Shown here: positions 30,700-45,284 of the stretch, piece by piece
Layout: every line of letters begins with the position of its first letter
Position numbering within the stretch: the first letter of the stretch is position 1
Assembly (NCBI GenBank): GCA_964016885.1
Contig: OZ024741.1
Location: 261,702,001 to 261,766,000 of the forward strand
DNA: 64,000 nucleotides
Direction: 5' to 3'
DNA from: Eledone cirrhosa
Lineage: Eukaryota
Notes under the pieces: model-generated
Seen by the model: the letters and a program-made list of their open reading frames with translations, nothing else
Told to the model about the DNA's origin: nothing
Databases searched by the model: none
Position numbers and translations under genes: made by a program

Positions 30700-33600
30700 A
30701 AATACATCTATCTAGGGCGGGTAAAATTCCCGAGATCCATGGACAAGTTCTCTCCAGCGGTCTCTGTCCCTCATTATCGCTGCCATGTCCTGTATCTCCA
30801 ACAGACCAGTGGCTGTCCTTAGGGCATCAACATATGTTAACCTCTGTCTTTCTCTTCCAGCGTGTCCATGCAGGGGCTCCAACAAGAGCACTGAGTGCAG
30901 TGTCAACTCTGGATGTCGGTGAGCATGTCCAGCTAACCCCAGTCTCCTCTGTGTCACTTTTGAGCTGACTTTGGGAGGCTCCCATACAGCTCTGAGTTCT
31001 TCATCCTCAGTGTATACTGATTAATGTGCAGAGCCATCCTCAGCATTCTCGTGTATCACCCGTCCACCATCTGAGTTAGTTTCTGGTCAGTGTCCAAATC
31101 TCAGACCCGTACAGCAGCACAGACTCCACTACAGCAACGAAGAGGCGGATCTTCAGGTCTTTACGAAGGTTTGACTTCCACACCGATCTCAAACTGTAGC
31201 ACACCGCCCAGATTGGCTCTTCCTCTCGACCACATCATCTTCCATATCCCCAATCTTTGCTCCCAAATACAGGAAGTCCTCAACCAATTCTAGCGGCTTC
31301 CCGCCTACATTAGTAATCTTCTCTGGCTTCTTAATATTCTCTACCAGATATTTCGTCTTAATCTCATTCATTCTCAGCCCCGCACCCATCGACACAATCT
31401 CCACCTCCTGCATCAAATCCTCTGCCTCCTTCACTGTGTGTGTCATGAAAACTATGTCGTCGGCAAATTCAGCATCCGATTTCTTTTTTGCCTTAATTCT
31501 GCTGCTCTGAACCGTTACAGTAAAGCCAGAAGCCTGGTGTTTCTCCAGCGCAAGGCGCATACAATAGTCCAATGCAATTATAAAAAGATAGGTATCCAAT
31601 ATATCTCTCTGGAGCACTCCAGCCAGTATCTCAAAGAATTCTGTCATCCCATCAGGTGAAATGACTTGGGCTTTGGTGTTGGTGTAGATCTGTGATATCA
31701 GGTCCACTATCTTCTTGGGGATTCCATAAGCTTGTAATATTTTCATCAGGCAGTAACGGTCCACAGAATCAAAGGCCTTCCTAAAGTCAATGAAAACCAT
31801 GACCGCAGGAAGGCACTTTGCTCTAGCTCCCTCTGTCCTTCTCAGCATCAGGATGTGACTGGTGGTTGATCTTCCCTCTCTGAAGCCGTTCTGGTTGTCT
31901 CTGAGCTTCTTCTCCATCTCTGGCTGGATCCTGTTAAGAATCATCCTGTTGAGGGTATTTGTCACAAGTGACGTCAGTGAGATCCTCCTGTAGTTGTTAG
32001 TGTTAGAAATATCTCCCTTCTTTGGCACTGGGACGATGTTACTGATCCTCCACTGATTCGGGGCAACTCCTTTCTCCAGTGCCTGGTTACAGAACTCCAG
32101 GATGATATCATCAAAATAACACTTCTTCATCACCTCTGATGCCACTCCATCTTCTCCATGAGCCTTGCTCCCCTTGATCTTGTTCTTGGCTCTCTGAAGC
32201 TTCTCTGTGGTGAAGGGCCCTGTCTCAATATCCATCCAGTTCCTCAAACAGCCGCCCGATCTCCCCAGTGTTCTGGGCAGTATCCTCGGGCACTATTCCT
32301 TGGATCTGACTCGAACACCTTCTCCTTGTGATCTCGTTGATGATCATCTAGCTCTCCTTACATCCAGACCTGCCAACCGCTCTCTCCACACTTCTGATCT
32401 TCTCTATCAGTGCCTCCTCCCTGGCCTCAGTGTAAGCGGTACAGAGTTCTTCCCCCATCACTTCCACATTCTCCTTCTTCTCCTCCGTAGGATCAGCATA
32501 GAATTGGTCCTTGGCAGCTTTCAGGTGTTCTCTGGCTGCATAAACTTTTGTATCTGCAGAGCTGACGTGCTTCCTTTTGTTCTTTCTCCTAGGTACCAGG
32601 GTCTCACTTGCTTCTGCCACTGCATTGGTGAAGTACCCGTACCTCCTCGTCACACTCTTCTCAGTCCCTCCAATCTCTCTCTCCTCTGTCTCTCCATAGA
32701 GATCACTGAACCTGTTTCTCACTTCTATTGAGAACCTCTTCTGTAGTTTATCATCTTCCTTGAAAGCTCCCCAGATTGCTCTCCGGGGCTGAGCCTTGCT
32801 CTTTCTTAAGCTCACCCAGACCTCACTCATAACAAGCCGGTGGTCACTGCCCAGTGTACTGAAATAGTTGTATGGTTTAGTGTTCAGAACACTATTCCGC
32901 CACTTTTTTCCTCACCAGAATGAAATCAATCTGGGTCTTGGACAGGTGCATATCTGAGATGTAGGTCCACATCTTCCCCAGATTCTTCCTAAACCTTAGG
33001 TTGGTTGCTATCAAGTTTGCCTCCAGAAGGATGTCTCTCAGAAGTCTTCCATTTCGGTTGGTGTTGTTATGGAAGTACCAGCAAGGATCTTCACTGCCCT
33101 CCTTACTCATATGTGCATTGAAGTCCCCACAACAAGTAGGATGTTGTGAGCTTGTGTGGTGTTGACAGCTCTACACATTTCCTCGTGGAACTCTTCCGCA
33201 CTCACATCACTGTATCTCTCGGTTGGACTATAGGCTGAGATGAATGTCAGTCTTGGGTTTCCATTGAAGGTCACCCTCGACACTCGTGGGGAGACAGGTA
33301 TTATTTCCCTCAATAATAGATTGGATTTTGCGCTGAAAACAAAACCCACTGCTCCTACTGCAGCATTGGTCATGTTCTTCACTGTGGTGTTGAGCTGGCT
33401 CCTCTTCCCAATCATCACACTCCTCACGTGCTCATCGTGTAGGATCCTGTGTTCTTGGATCGCAAGTATCTGTATACCATTCTCCTCAAACAGATGACCT
33501 AACTACTCCCTCTTCTCCAGCGTCGAATAGTTCTCACATTCAAAGTGTCCATTTTGATGGCTCTTCTGCAGGACATAACTGCATTCTATATATTTGTCTC

Positions 33601-33740
33601 AGAGACAACTGATCCATCATCCACTGGCCCTCCCTATGACTCTAAGCTCTAAGCCAGCAGAATCATAACGACCAGACAGGTCCTTCACAGTGTAGTTAGG
33701 GGCTCTAACCCTAGTGCTGTTAAATACACTCTCCATGTTC
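30700..33740 (-). mobile_element. Decayed non-LTR retrotransposon (RTE-group; APE + RT)
   Basis: APE motifs IQEH, SAYSPT, NRNG, QIDF and SDH. RT motifs QNGFR, FIDFRKAFDSV, GVLQ, FADD and FLYLG. Many frameshifts. Confidence 0.9.
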
Positions 33741-33975
33741 TTTTCAATGGCTGACAATATCTTACTAGCGCCACTCGAATAATGCAATTATTTAACCCAT
33801 AAATGGGGCCCTAACAGGTACTATACTCCGGGCCAGAGCAGACCTTGAAGTTATGACAACTAAGTGGTAACTCCACATTCCCCACAGCTCCTGAACTCCT
33901 AAACTGGAGCCTTGCCACTGGATGTAGTTTAATGCCGTACCCAGGACATGAAATATATATATATATATATACTTA

Positions 33976-35927
33976 GCACGCAGGGAGGCAGAGAGTAGGA
34001 GGTTTCCCAATGTTCTGCGACGGGAAGATCAGGGGCGTGCGGTGTTCCACATTGCAAGGCAGTGTGTCAATGCAAATCAGGATGTTGTTGGAGATAAATG
34101 TGTCCGGGATGATGCCAGTGTACTTAGTGTCACGAATGACCAGAAAAAGGAGGCCTGGAAATGTCATTATGAGAGACTGATGAATGTGGAGAACGAATGG
34201 GAGAGAGAGAAATTACCCTTGGTAGATCCGACAGAGGGACCAGCTATTGAGATTGACGAATATAGGGTCCAAGAGGCGATTAGGGAAATGAAAAATGGTA
34301 AGGCTGCCGGACCATCGGGAATAGTTGCTGAGATGCTGAAGGCATCAGGGGACGTAGGCACTAAACTGGTTGCACGCATCATCAATCAGGCTATATATGG
34401 TGGTGTCATACCCAAAGACTGGTGCAGCAGTATTCTCATAAATTGCTACAAAGGTAAAGGGGATGCTTTGGAGAGGAGCAATTATAGGGGTATAAAACTG
34501 ATAGATCAGGTTATGAAAGTGTCAGAAAGGATTTTAGCACAACTAATTAGAGAAAGGGTCAAACTAGATGAGATGCAGTTTGGTTTTGTGCCTGGGAAGA
34601 GTACAACAGATGCCCTCTTCTTGGTGAGACAAATGCAAGAGAGGTTCTTAGAGAAGAATAAGCCACTATACTTAGCCTTTGTTGACCTAAAGAAGGCCTT
34701 TGATAGGGTACCCCGATCTGTCATCTGGTGGTCCCTAAGGAAGCTAGGTGTTGAGGAATGGCTTGTGAGGACAGTGCAAACTTTGTACAGAGGTACTCTC
34801 AGTAAAGTCAGGGTAGGAATGGAGTTTAGTGAGGAATTCCAGATACAAGTAGGAGTACATCAGGGTTCGGTCCTCAGCCCGCTCTTGTTCATTATAGTCC
34901 TCCAAGCCATAACAGAGGAGTTTAAGACTGGCTGTCCATGGGAACTTCTCTATGCTGACGATCTGGCTCTTATAGCAGAATCAGTAGAGGAGCTAGAGAA
35001 TAAATTCCGGCTATGGAAACAGCAGTTGGAAGCAAGAGGACTGAGAGTAAATCTAGCTAAGACAAGTGTTGATGAGTAGAAAAGAGGACAAAACCCTGAT
35101 TCCGTCAGGGAAATAGCCATGTTCGATATGAAGAAAAGGAACTGGCATAAATTCTATAAAATGCACACAATGCAGGTCATGGGTACACAATAGATGTAGC
35201 GGGATAGCAGGCAAACTAACAGGTAGGGAGAAATATGTATGCAGTAGATGTACAGGGAAATTAGACACTAGAAGTCGCACTGATAGTCACATTTTTCAAA
35301 TGCGAGAGGGCGCTATAGAAGTGGTGGATAGCTTCCGGTACCTAGGAGATCAGATTAGCATGGGAGGAGGGTGTTCCGAGGCCATAGTATCTAGAATAAG
35401 GACGGGTTGGAAGAAGTTTAGGGAGCTGCTACCTCTGTTGACGAAGAAGGGTTTCTCCCTGCGTACGAAAGGCCGGTTGTATGATGCCTGTGTGAGGAGC
35501 ACGATGCTGCATGGTAGTGAGACATGGGCAGCAACCGCAGAGGATATGCGACGGCAGGAGAGAAATGAGGCAAGCATGCTCCGTTGGATGTGCAGTGTAA
35601 ATGTGCGTGAACGACTCAGCATAAATGTGTTGAGAGAGAAACTGTGTCTGAGAGGGATAGAATGTAGTGTACGGGAGAGGAGACTGAGGTGGTATGGACA
35701 TGTGATGTGCATGGAGGATGACCGATGAGTGAAGAAGTGCCAGGAAATGCCAGTTGAAGGAAGACGTGGTAGAGGTAGACCACGAAAAACATGGGCGGAG
35801 GTGGTGAGAACAGACCTCAGATCATTGAAGCTCACGGTGGAAATGACGAGGGACCGTGACGAGTGGAGAGATGCTGTGCTGAATAAGACCCGTCCCACCC
35901 TTGCAAGCAGGGAAAAGCGGACGTAAA

Positions 35928-35958
<31 letters not shown>
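33976..35958 (+). mobile_element. 5'-truncated RTE LINE with (GAT)n tail
   Basis: 345 aa RT ORF (QFGF, FVDLKKAFDRV, GVHQGSVLSP, YADD), a Cys-rich insert, RLRWYGHV..RGRPRKTW, then (GAT)n. Confidence 0.95.
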
Positions 35959-35959
<1 letters not shown>

Positions 35960-36478
35960 ATAATATATACATAATATATACAGATATATAGATATGATAT
36001 ATACATGTATATGATATATATTTATAATATACATATACATATTTACAAATATCTATTGGTTTCCTAGGATGATAACATTGACATGCAGCATGCTTAGCAT
36101 ACAGAAATAACATGCAAACAGGCTATATTAGTTATATAACACACCAGAATCTATTAATATCCTGGCATCATTGTGTGGACGAAGCACGATGTTAGAATGA
36201 AATAAATCTTATAACACATTGTGAGAAATATTGATAGTCAAGCAAAAGTTCTATTGTCAATATCTTTGCTAGTTAATTCCAATCAATTGAAACACTTCTC
36301 TCTATTAAAACGTAAGTTTCATGCTTGTATTAATTATTGTAGTTTGTCACAAATCTGTTAACATTTAAAGTCAGGAGAATTTTGTGATAGGATTAATGAA
36401 GAAATTTAAATATAAAAATTTGTTTATTATTATTATTATTTAGATGCATTTAGAAAAGTTTTAATATTTACAACTTAC

Positions 36479-36530
36479 CCTCCATTAAAGTAACTTTCGT
36501 TTTACTTTCCTCAACATGTTGTATTACATC
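36479..36530 (-). CDS. Probable PTP D2 small exon (DVIQHVEESKTKVTLME/E)
   Basis: ttttaag acceptor and strong gtaagt donor. The open frame, phase 0 to 1, bridges the flanking exons exactly. No diagnostic motif. Confidence 0.55.
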
Positions 36531-36582
36531 CTTAAAATATATGAAAATAGTTGACTAGTTTAAGCAATACAATTAAATGTTA

Positions 36583-36616
<34 letters not shown>

Positions 36617-36618
<2 letters not shown>

Positions 36619-37130
36619 GTATCTAGAATAAGGACGGGCTGGAAGAAGTTTAGGGAGCTGCTTCCTCTGCTGACGAAGAAGGGTTTCTCTCTGTATACGA
36701 AAGGACGGTTATATGAAGGAAGATGTAGTTGAGGAAGACCACAAAAAACATGGGCGGAGGTGGTGAGAGCAGACCTCAGATAGCTGAAGATCACGGTGGA
36801 GATGACGAAGGACTGTGACAAGTGGAGAGATGCTGTACTGAATAGGATGATGATGATCATGATCATCATTTTACGTCCGGTTTTCCCTGCTTGCAAGGGT
36901 GGGATGGGTCCTATTCAGCACAGCATCTCTCCACTTGTCACGGTCCTTCGTCATCTCCTCGGTGAGTTTCAGAAATCTGGGGTCTGCTCTCACCACCTCC
37001 GCCCATATTTTTCGTGGTCTACCTCTACTGTGTCTTCCTTCTACTGGGATTTCTTGGCACTTCTTTACCTAGCTGTCATCCTCCATGTGCATCACATGTC
37101 CATACCATCGCAGTCTCCTCTCCCGCACAC
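36617..37130. mobile_element. Two tail-to-tail RTE 3' fragments
   Basis: 36617-36860 (+) and 36860-37130 (-) match 35390-35950, meeting at (GAT)n/(ATC)n. Confidence 0.8.
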
Positions 37131-37855
37131 AACAATTTATGGTAGGATGTGAAAGTATTTCAGTTTACTAAAATGGTCATTTACTCTGGCTTTTACAGAG
37201 GTTTTAAAACAAATGATTCTTACAAGCCGATTTAGCTGTTTTATCAATATACTTTCATTGGTAACTCTCAGTGGGCGACGAACGGCATACCGCTATCTCT
37301 ATTACTTTGGCGTCAATTGTTCTTTAGTGAATAGCATTCAACTAAGCAATGGTACAGAGGGAAGAGAGGCTTGCTTAAGCTAAAGCATGCAGGTATGGTT
37401 GTGAGCATGTGCATGGGTTAAACCTTAATATAGTGGGTTTGCGTCATCATATCTACGTATACGTGTGCCTGGTCATATAGCAGTAGTATATCCAACTATA
37501 TTCCTGTACACGCGAACGATAGGTCACCCACATGCGCAACCATGCAGACAGACATACACAACCCATTCGTGATCGGGCACACATATACATGTATACAGGG
37601 TCCCACACATATAAAGTTATATGAATAGAGAAAATAAAGAAAGGAAGACATCCCACCGCAAGTAAACGTGAGGATTGAACTTTAGATGTTAGGAGAACGG
37701 TTAATTTGGCTTCCTAATCTTTGTCAATACTATCCTTAGAGCCTAAAAATAAAACTGGACTAATATCGATTTATATTCAATATCACTGCAATGTCCACTC
37801 TTACTATACAATATTTGAAACAACTATATACTCTGAAATCTATATATACATGTAC

Positions 37856-37932
<77 letters not shown>

Positions 37933-38320
37933 CACACATGTGTGTGTACAAGCATACACATACACACACACATATATATACACACATACATACATTCACA
38001 CAAACATACAACGTACATACATACACTTACATGAATGCACTCCACTACATATTCACACACGCAAATAAATATAAGAAAAAAATATATAAATATATATTAA
38101 CAAATTTTTGACAGCGATACATGCCCCAGCTAACAGGACAGACACGCGTGGTAAGTAATACACACAAAAGCACATATACATACGTACGAAATAGTAAACA
38201 CATACACACACTCTCACACATAAATATACATATACAAATACATAAACACGTACATACACATACATACACAAACACGTACACGTATATAATATAAACACAC
38301 ACATGTATATGTAATTATAT

Positions 38321-38367
<47 letters not shown>

Positions 38368-38490
38368 CAAAAATATAAAAATATAAACGCACACACACAT
38401 ATATAATTACGTAAACACACATATACATACATAGCTAAACAATTATACACATGCAAATACGTATATATCAAAAGCACGCACAACCAAATA

Positions 38491-38521
<31 letters not shown>

Positions 38522-38709
38522 CCACACACACACCCACACATACATAAAAATAAATAAATACACACGCACACATATACATACATACATATAGACATATATA
38601 CATATACATATATATATATATATACATATACATACATATATATATATATATATACACACATATATATATATACATATACACACATACACGTACACATACA
38701 CACATGCAT

Positions 38710-38740
<31 letters not shown>

Positions 38741-38970
38741 TGTGTGTATGTGTAAAGCTCAGTATTAGATAAGACAAATGAACCTTACATAAACGTATAT
38801 ATAGTAGTAAAGTAATAAAGCCATACAAGGCAATTAATCCATTCACCAGAGGTTTCTTAAAAGCAAAAAAAGTTTCCTTCAATCTTCAGAATGAAAAAAA
38901 GCCTGGTTTATCCACATATACATACATATACACACACAAATATATAATTATATACACACATACACACACG

Positions 38971-39086
<116 letters not shown>

Positions 39087-39324
39087 AACATATACGTACA
39101 TATATACATACATACACATACATATATATACACGCAAAAATACATACACATACACATAGGTATGTGAAGGGCGAAACAAAAAGAATATATGGGGGGGGGC
39201 TAAGAGGAGGTAAAAATATAAGGGGAGGTAAGGGAGAACATTTTTTTTAAAATATACAAGAGTACAAAAGGTAGAATCAGCAAAATAAAACCGTAGCAAA
39301 AGTAAAGAGCAGAGAAGGAGTTCA

Positions 39325-39625
39325 AGGCGGTTGATTTATCGTAGGAGTGTCAATCCAGTTACAGATCAGATGCGATTTCAGATGAGGACAGCATCTGAAG
39401 ATCTCAGTCTTTGAGTTAAGGCAAGCGGAAGTGGCTCTCAAGTTTAGCAAAATCCTATACTTTTCTGTGGTACACAAAGAACAATTCTTTGTGCCCCTTT
39501 GGTACTCCCTCGAATGGTCTAATATAGACCAATCAATAGAGTACGGGATATTACTATCCTTGAGATCCCATACCTTACTTGCGAGGGCCGTTGATGTTCG
39601 TTTATCTGAGTGTTTAAAAGAAGCG
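39325..39625 (-). mobile_element. PLE GIY-YIG C-terminal fragment
   Basis: Translates SFKHSDKRTSTALASKVWDLKDSNIPYSIDWSIL...CSLCTTEK...LNSKTEIFRCCPH. Confidence 0.8.
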
Positions 39626-39725
39626 ACATGTGAATATATATATAGTAATAATAATAAATGTGAGTTTCATAAGATGAAAGGGTGAAAGCAGCGATTCTTT
39701 GCTTAAACTTTAATCTGTTATTTTA

Positions 39726-39808
<83 letters not shown>

Positions 39809-39924
39809 ATTGTTTCTACTTTTGGTAAAAGGCCAGAAATTATCCCAGTGCATTACTGGTACTTTATTTTATCGACCCCGTAATATCACTACTCTGATTG
39901 CAGTTAATAAACATATTATCTTAC

Positions 39925-40074
39925 CTGAAACTGTTGCTCTAAAATTGATATTCCTGTTGAATGATCTATTTGCTTTATTCTAGAAAATTCTATCGGAATG
40001 TTATAGATATCAATATTATAATTCACTGTGAGAATATTTTCAACTAATACATCATAAATGAACTCCAGTTGTAT
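39925..40074 (-). CDS. Receptor-type PTP, D1 end and D1-D2 linker (IQLEFIYDVLVE...GISILEQQFQ)
   Basis: QxxFIY motif then an LExxF linker typical of tandem-domain RPTPs; gtccag acceptor and gtaaga donor; 150 nt. Confidence 0.9.
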
Positions 40075-40935
40075 CTGGACAAAAAGTGAAATAAAATAAA
40101 ATAAATCAGTTTTAATTGCATGAAACGAGAGCACCGTAATTAACAAATATATTTTTAGTAGGACAAATTTTGATATAGAAAATATATAGTAAGTTTTGTA
40201 GATGATAGGTTGATAAAGAAGGGCAAACACCTTCGTCTCATGCTTTTTGAACTTGAATTTGCTAAGATGAGTACAATAAACATTTAGGTTGAACTGTTAT
40301 AGGTAAAAATTTCATTTTGGAAAACTTTTGGGTTTACTGAATGTGTAAGATATGAGGTAAATGTGGATGGGTTAGATCAACGTTGATATCCAAAGATAGA
40401 AATGTTATTAAAAATACTAAGGAAAATAACTAAATTAAACATGGTAACATTTTGGTATGTTAAATTACTGATGCAACAGCTGTTCTCTGGAGAGAACTAG
40501 TTAAAAAAAGAAAACAATCAGAAACTGGCTTTACTATATGAAGTTGTTGAGATAGAGCAGGTGTGTGGAATAGAGGCAGAGAGAGAGAAAGAGAGCGGGG
40601 AAAATAGGGGAGATGAAACTTCTTCAACACTGGATGATGTGTGCTTTTGAGAGAGTAAGGGGGGGGGAGAGATGCTCTTTTAGTCTGTTGGATAATTGGT
40701 ACTAACGCTCAAAAGAGAAAAGACAATATTGACCTTCAATTCAGAGTTCAGAAAATACTGCAACACAATCTATACAGTTATTTAATTATCCTACCTATCT
40801 ACCACTCCCTTTAGAATTACAAATTGATAGTATATAACAGCAATGAATATTACTGTTGGAATAAAATCTAAAAGCTAACCCAAGGGAGGTTTCATGAGTA
40901 GCTTCACAATCTTATTTACATTGATATTTACTCAC

Positions 40936-41071
40936 CCGTTTTTGAACCAACTGCATCCTATCTTCGCGTAATTTGCTGATGGTCGTCAATACATCAAAAG
41001 TTTCACCCTTCTTCATTTCATTTAGAAGTATGTCAATGCAAATATAAGTTCCAGTACGACCATCACCAGCA
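40936..41071 (-). CDS. Receptor-type PTP, D1 exon with P-loop and Q-loop (S/AGDGRTGTYICIDILL...LREDRMQLVQKR)
   Basis: tttcag|T GCT GGT GAT GGT CGT ACT GGA; gtgagt donor; completes the CX5R signature in phase. Confidence 0.95.
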
Positions 41072-42354
41072 CTGAAAGGGATTCAAATGTAACAATATGA
41101 ATATAATCAGTTTTAATAGGTTAAATTATAACACTGAATTGTTTCAGAGAAAATAATATATATTCTCTCTGTTTCAGGAAAAGTAATATGAACAGGGGAG
41201 TGTAAAATGGGAAATGTGATTCTTAACTTGATAGTAAATGAAACGTTAATTTATAGTGAGTCGGGAATTTTATAATTACCGAAAATTATAAATTTAGGAA
41301 TAGAAGCAATCATATTGCTGTAGTTCTATAGAGCCATACTACCAACCAAAAACATACGCACTGCTGTTTTCACTTTCAATTAAAGTTAATTAATTAATTA
41401 GATAATTACTTCATTATGGAATTGGTTAAAGACTTTCATCACAACCTTATATACAACTGTGTAACCTTGTGTTCTTCCTCTTTATTAGTATTTATTTCAA
41501 GGTATTTATTCCCCTTACAAAATATCATGGTGGATTTCATTTCACATATTGTACTATTTATTATTCAGTTGAACTGTAGTGTATGTGTGTTTGTGTGTGA
41601 CTGCTTGTATGTGTATATCATATATCTATATTTATTACCCATAATAATAAATATTCGATGACTTGGAACACACTCGATGCTCCAATAATGTATTTACAAA
41701 TATAATGGTAAGAAACTCTCAGGAGAGCTGGACTGCAGAAGGTCTATAGAAAAGAAACCCCCATCAAGCATTTAAGCTCTTAATTTCAATGAGATATATT
41801 TACATATATATGTATATGTATATATATGTATATATATCTCCCTGAAATTAAGGGCCAAAATGCTTGATGGGGATTTCTTCTCTGTAGACCCTATGCTCGC
41901 ATTATCGGAGCTGCGATTTCTCAATTTGGAGCAGTGGCGTCTCTACCTGGAGATACTCTCTGAGGAACCCCCCATTTCATTTGCAGTTGTATTCCTTCTG
42001 CCATTACCCAACATTCATGCCCCTAGGTAAGGTTTGGCACGAATACCGATTTGAAGTTAGCGAGTTTATCTTTTACATCTGATCCCACATTTTTCTGATA
42101 ATTGAATGCTGAATCTGGCGTAATACTGCTACAATTCTTGCACTTAATTCAGCCTCCATCACTAGTGAAAGCGACCCCAAGATACTTGAATTCCTCTGCC
42201 TTCTTTGAAAATCAACTCACATGTTAAGTGATCTACATAAGCTCCCTTAAGGTGACGATGAACTGTCTCTGCAGCAGGGATTTTCATTCCTGCTTTACAG
42301 CATTCGGCAGAAACATATTAAGTGCATATACATAAATATATATATATATATATA

Positions 42355-42657
42355 TTTATTAAAATAACAGATTAAAGTTTAAGCAAAGAAGCGCTGCTTT
42401 CACCCTTAACGGGATCTTCTGAAACTAACAAAGTCAATCTGTAAACGCAGAACTGGATATTTCAAAAAACGTTGCAACCGGAGGAAGACAGGAAGACGAT
42501 ACTTTGGTTCATGGTGACGTTCGCTGGCAGCAGCGATTCTTTGCTTAAACTTTAATCTGTTATTTTAATAAATATTTGCTCTTCGGTTCTTATATATTTG
42601 ATATATATTTTCCTTATCGAGCCCTCTCTGGATTTTAGTCTTCAATTTCATTATTAT

Positions 42658-42706
<49 letters not shown>

Positions 42707-43115
42707 GAAGGTTCAGTAAGTCCGAAGAAAACTGGTGAGAGGCCCAAGGTCACTACTCAACACAAAGCAGAGTGTATATAATAACAAAGTGGAGGATTTA
42801 CATAGGAGATTTATTGCTCAATTCTGGTTACAAATGTTTCTCAGGCCGCAAGCTCGTGATATATTTATATATATATATAGTAATAATAATAAAAAAATTG
42901 AAGACTAAAATCCAAAGAGGGCTCGATAAGGAAAATATATATCAAATCTATAAGAACCGTAGAGCAAATATTTATTAAAATAACAGATTAAAGTTTAAGC
43001 AAAGAATCGCTGCTTTCACCCTTAACGGGATCTTCAGAAAAGTTTCAGAAGATCCCGTTAAGGGTGAAAGCAGCGATTCTTTGCTTAAACTTTAATCTGT
43101 TATTTTAATAAATAA

Positions 43116-43190
<75 letters not shown>

Positions 43191-43415
43191 AATAACAGAT
43201 TAAAGTTTAAGCAAAGAATCGCTGCCTTCACCCTTAACAGGATCTTCTTTTTTTAGTTACAGAAGATCCCGTTAAGGGTGAAAGCAGCAATTCTTTGCTT
43301 AAACTTTAATCTGTTATTTTAATAAATATTTTCTCTGCGGTTTTATATATTTATATATATTATCCTTATCGAACCCTCTTCAGATTTTAGTTTTCACATT
43401 TATTATTATTGCTAT
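42355..43415. mobile_element. Cluster of three ORF-less hairpins built from the pLTR of the 56743-60465 PLE family
   Basis: 42355-42660, 42875-43112 and 43188-43415 each contain opposed copies of agtttcagaagatcccgttaagggtgaaagcagcgattctttgcttaaactttaatctg, separated by (TA)n. Confidence 0.88.
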
Positions 43416-43765
43416 ATATATATAATTAGTTACAACAGGGACAACTAAAGGTACTTACATGCCATTGGATTATTCACCACAAATCATTCAGCCTTTCATA
43501 CAATTAAAAATGGCTTCCCACCTTGGAGGTTTTAGAAACTATAGGGGAGTTCTAAGGGTAGGTGATCCAGAAATTATCTATAATTTTTATAGTTACTTCC
43601 ATTTTCACTTACATTATTTAAGGTATTTGTCTATTTATACATAATTCCAAGACTACCTACTCTTAGAACTCTCTTATGTTTCTACATTGTTCAAGGTGAG
43701 AAGCTATTTTCGGATATCTATACCAAATTTGTACTAATATATATATATATATATTAGTACGAACG

Positions 43766-44548
<783 letters not shown>

Positions 44549-44865
44549 CTGTAGAAGCCATTTCTATATAAAATCTTATATTCTTATATATATATATATA
44601 TGTATATATATATAATTACAATGTGCTTATAAATCAAAATTAAAAGTTAAAGACATTTAATTATTGACAAAATGTTTCTTCCCATACCAGCAACAGCAAG
44701 TTATTTTACTTAAAAGTTTGCTTTTAGTTAGCAGGAACGATAGGAATCACCAGAGTTTAATTAAAATCCAAAACAATTAATACATTGATATATATTAGTA
44801 TTGGTGCTCTGAAATAACGCTGTATACATGAATGTATGTATAGTATATTTGTCAATATACCGTAT

Positions 44866-45195
44866 GTTTAATTAAACACATTTAGAAGACCATTCACTAG
44901 CAGTTTTAAAGTAGCGACTATGTCACTTACTTTCGGCAACGGCTCGGAGAGAGGCTGACTGCTGTTTCCTGCTGGCTGGCATTTACCTGCCTTTGCCAAC
45001 ATTTATAGCAGCTGGATTCTTATAAAATTCCAGTAATAATCAGGAGGTCAGCTTCTGTAATTTTCGGTAGAGGCAGGTGAGTGTGTGGCTTTGATAAACG
45101 CCAACCAGCTAGAAACAGCTGAAAGTAAGTAAGTGACATAGTCACTACTTAAAAACTGATAGCTAATGGTCTTCTAAATGCTTTTAATTAAACAT
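44866..45195. mobile_element. Inverted-repeat element, about 80 bp arms, TA flanks
   Basis: gtttaattaaa..agaagaccatt..tgtcacttactttc and its reverse complement; HHR-like remnants inside. Confidence 0.65.
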
Positions 45196-45249
45196 ATATA
45201 TATATATATAAATATATATATAAATATATATATAAATATATATATTTAT

Positions 45250-45284
<35 letters not shown>

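Noticed and set aside
41752-41890. Imperfect palindrome around (TA)n; also 43434-43735 and 48923-48959
   Set aside because: Old inverted repeats with no HHR, target site duplication or other diagnostic feature.
42355-43415. CRISPR-like repeats
   Set aside because: Eukaryotic context, long inverted copies, no regular spacers; they match a PLE pLTR.
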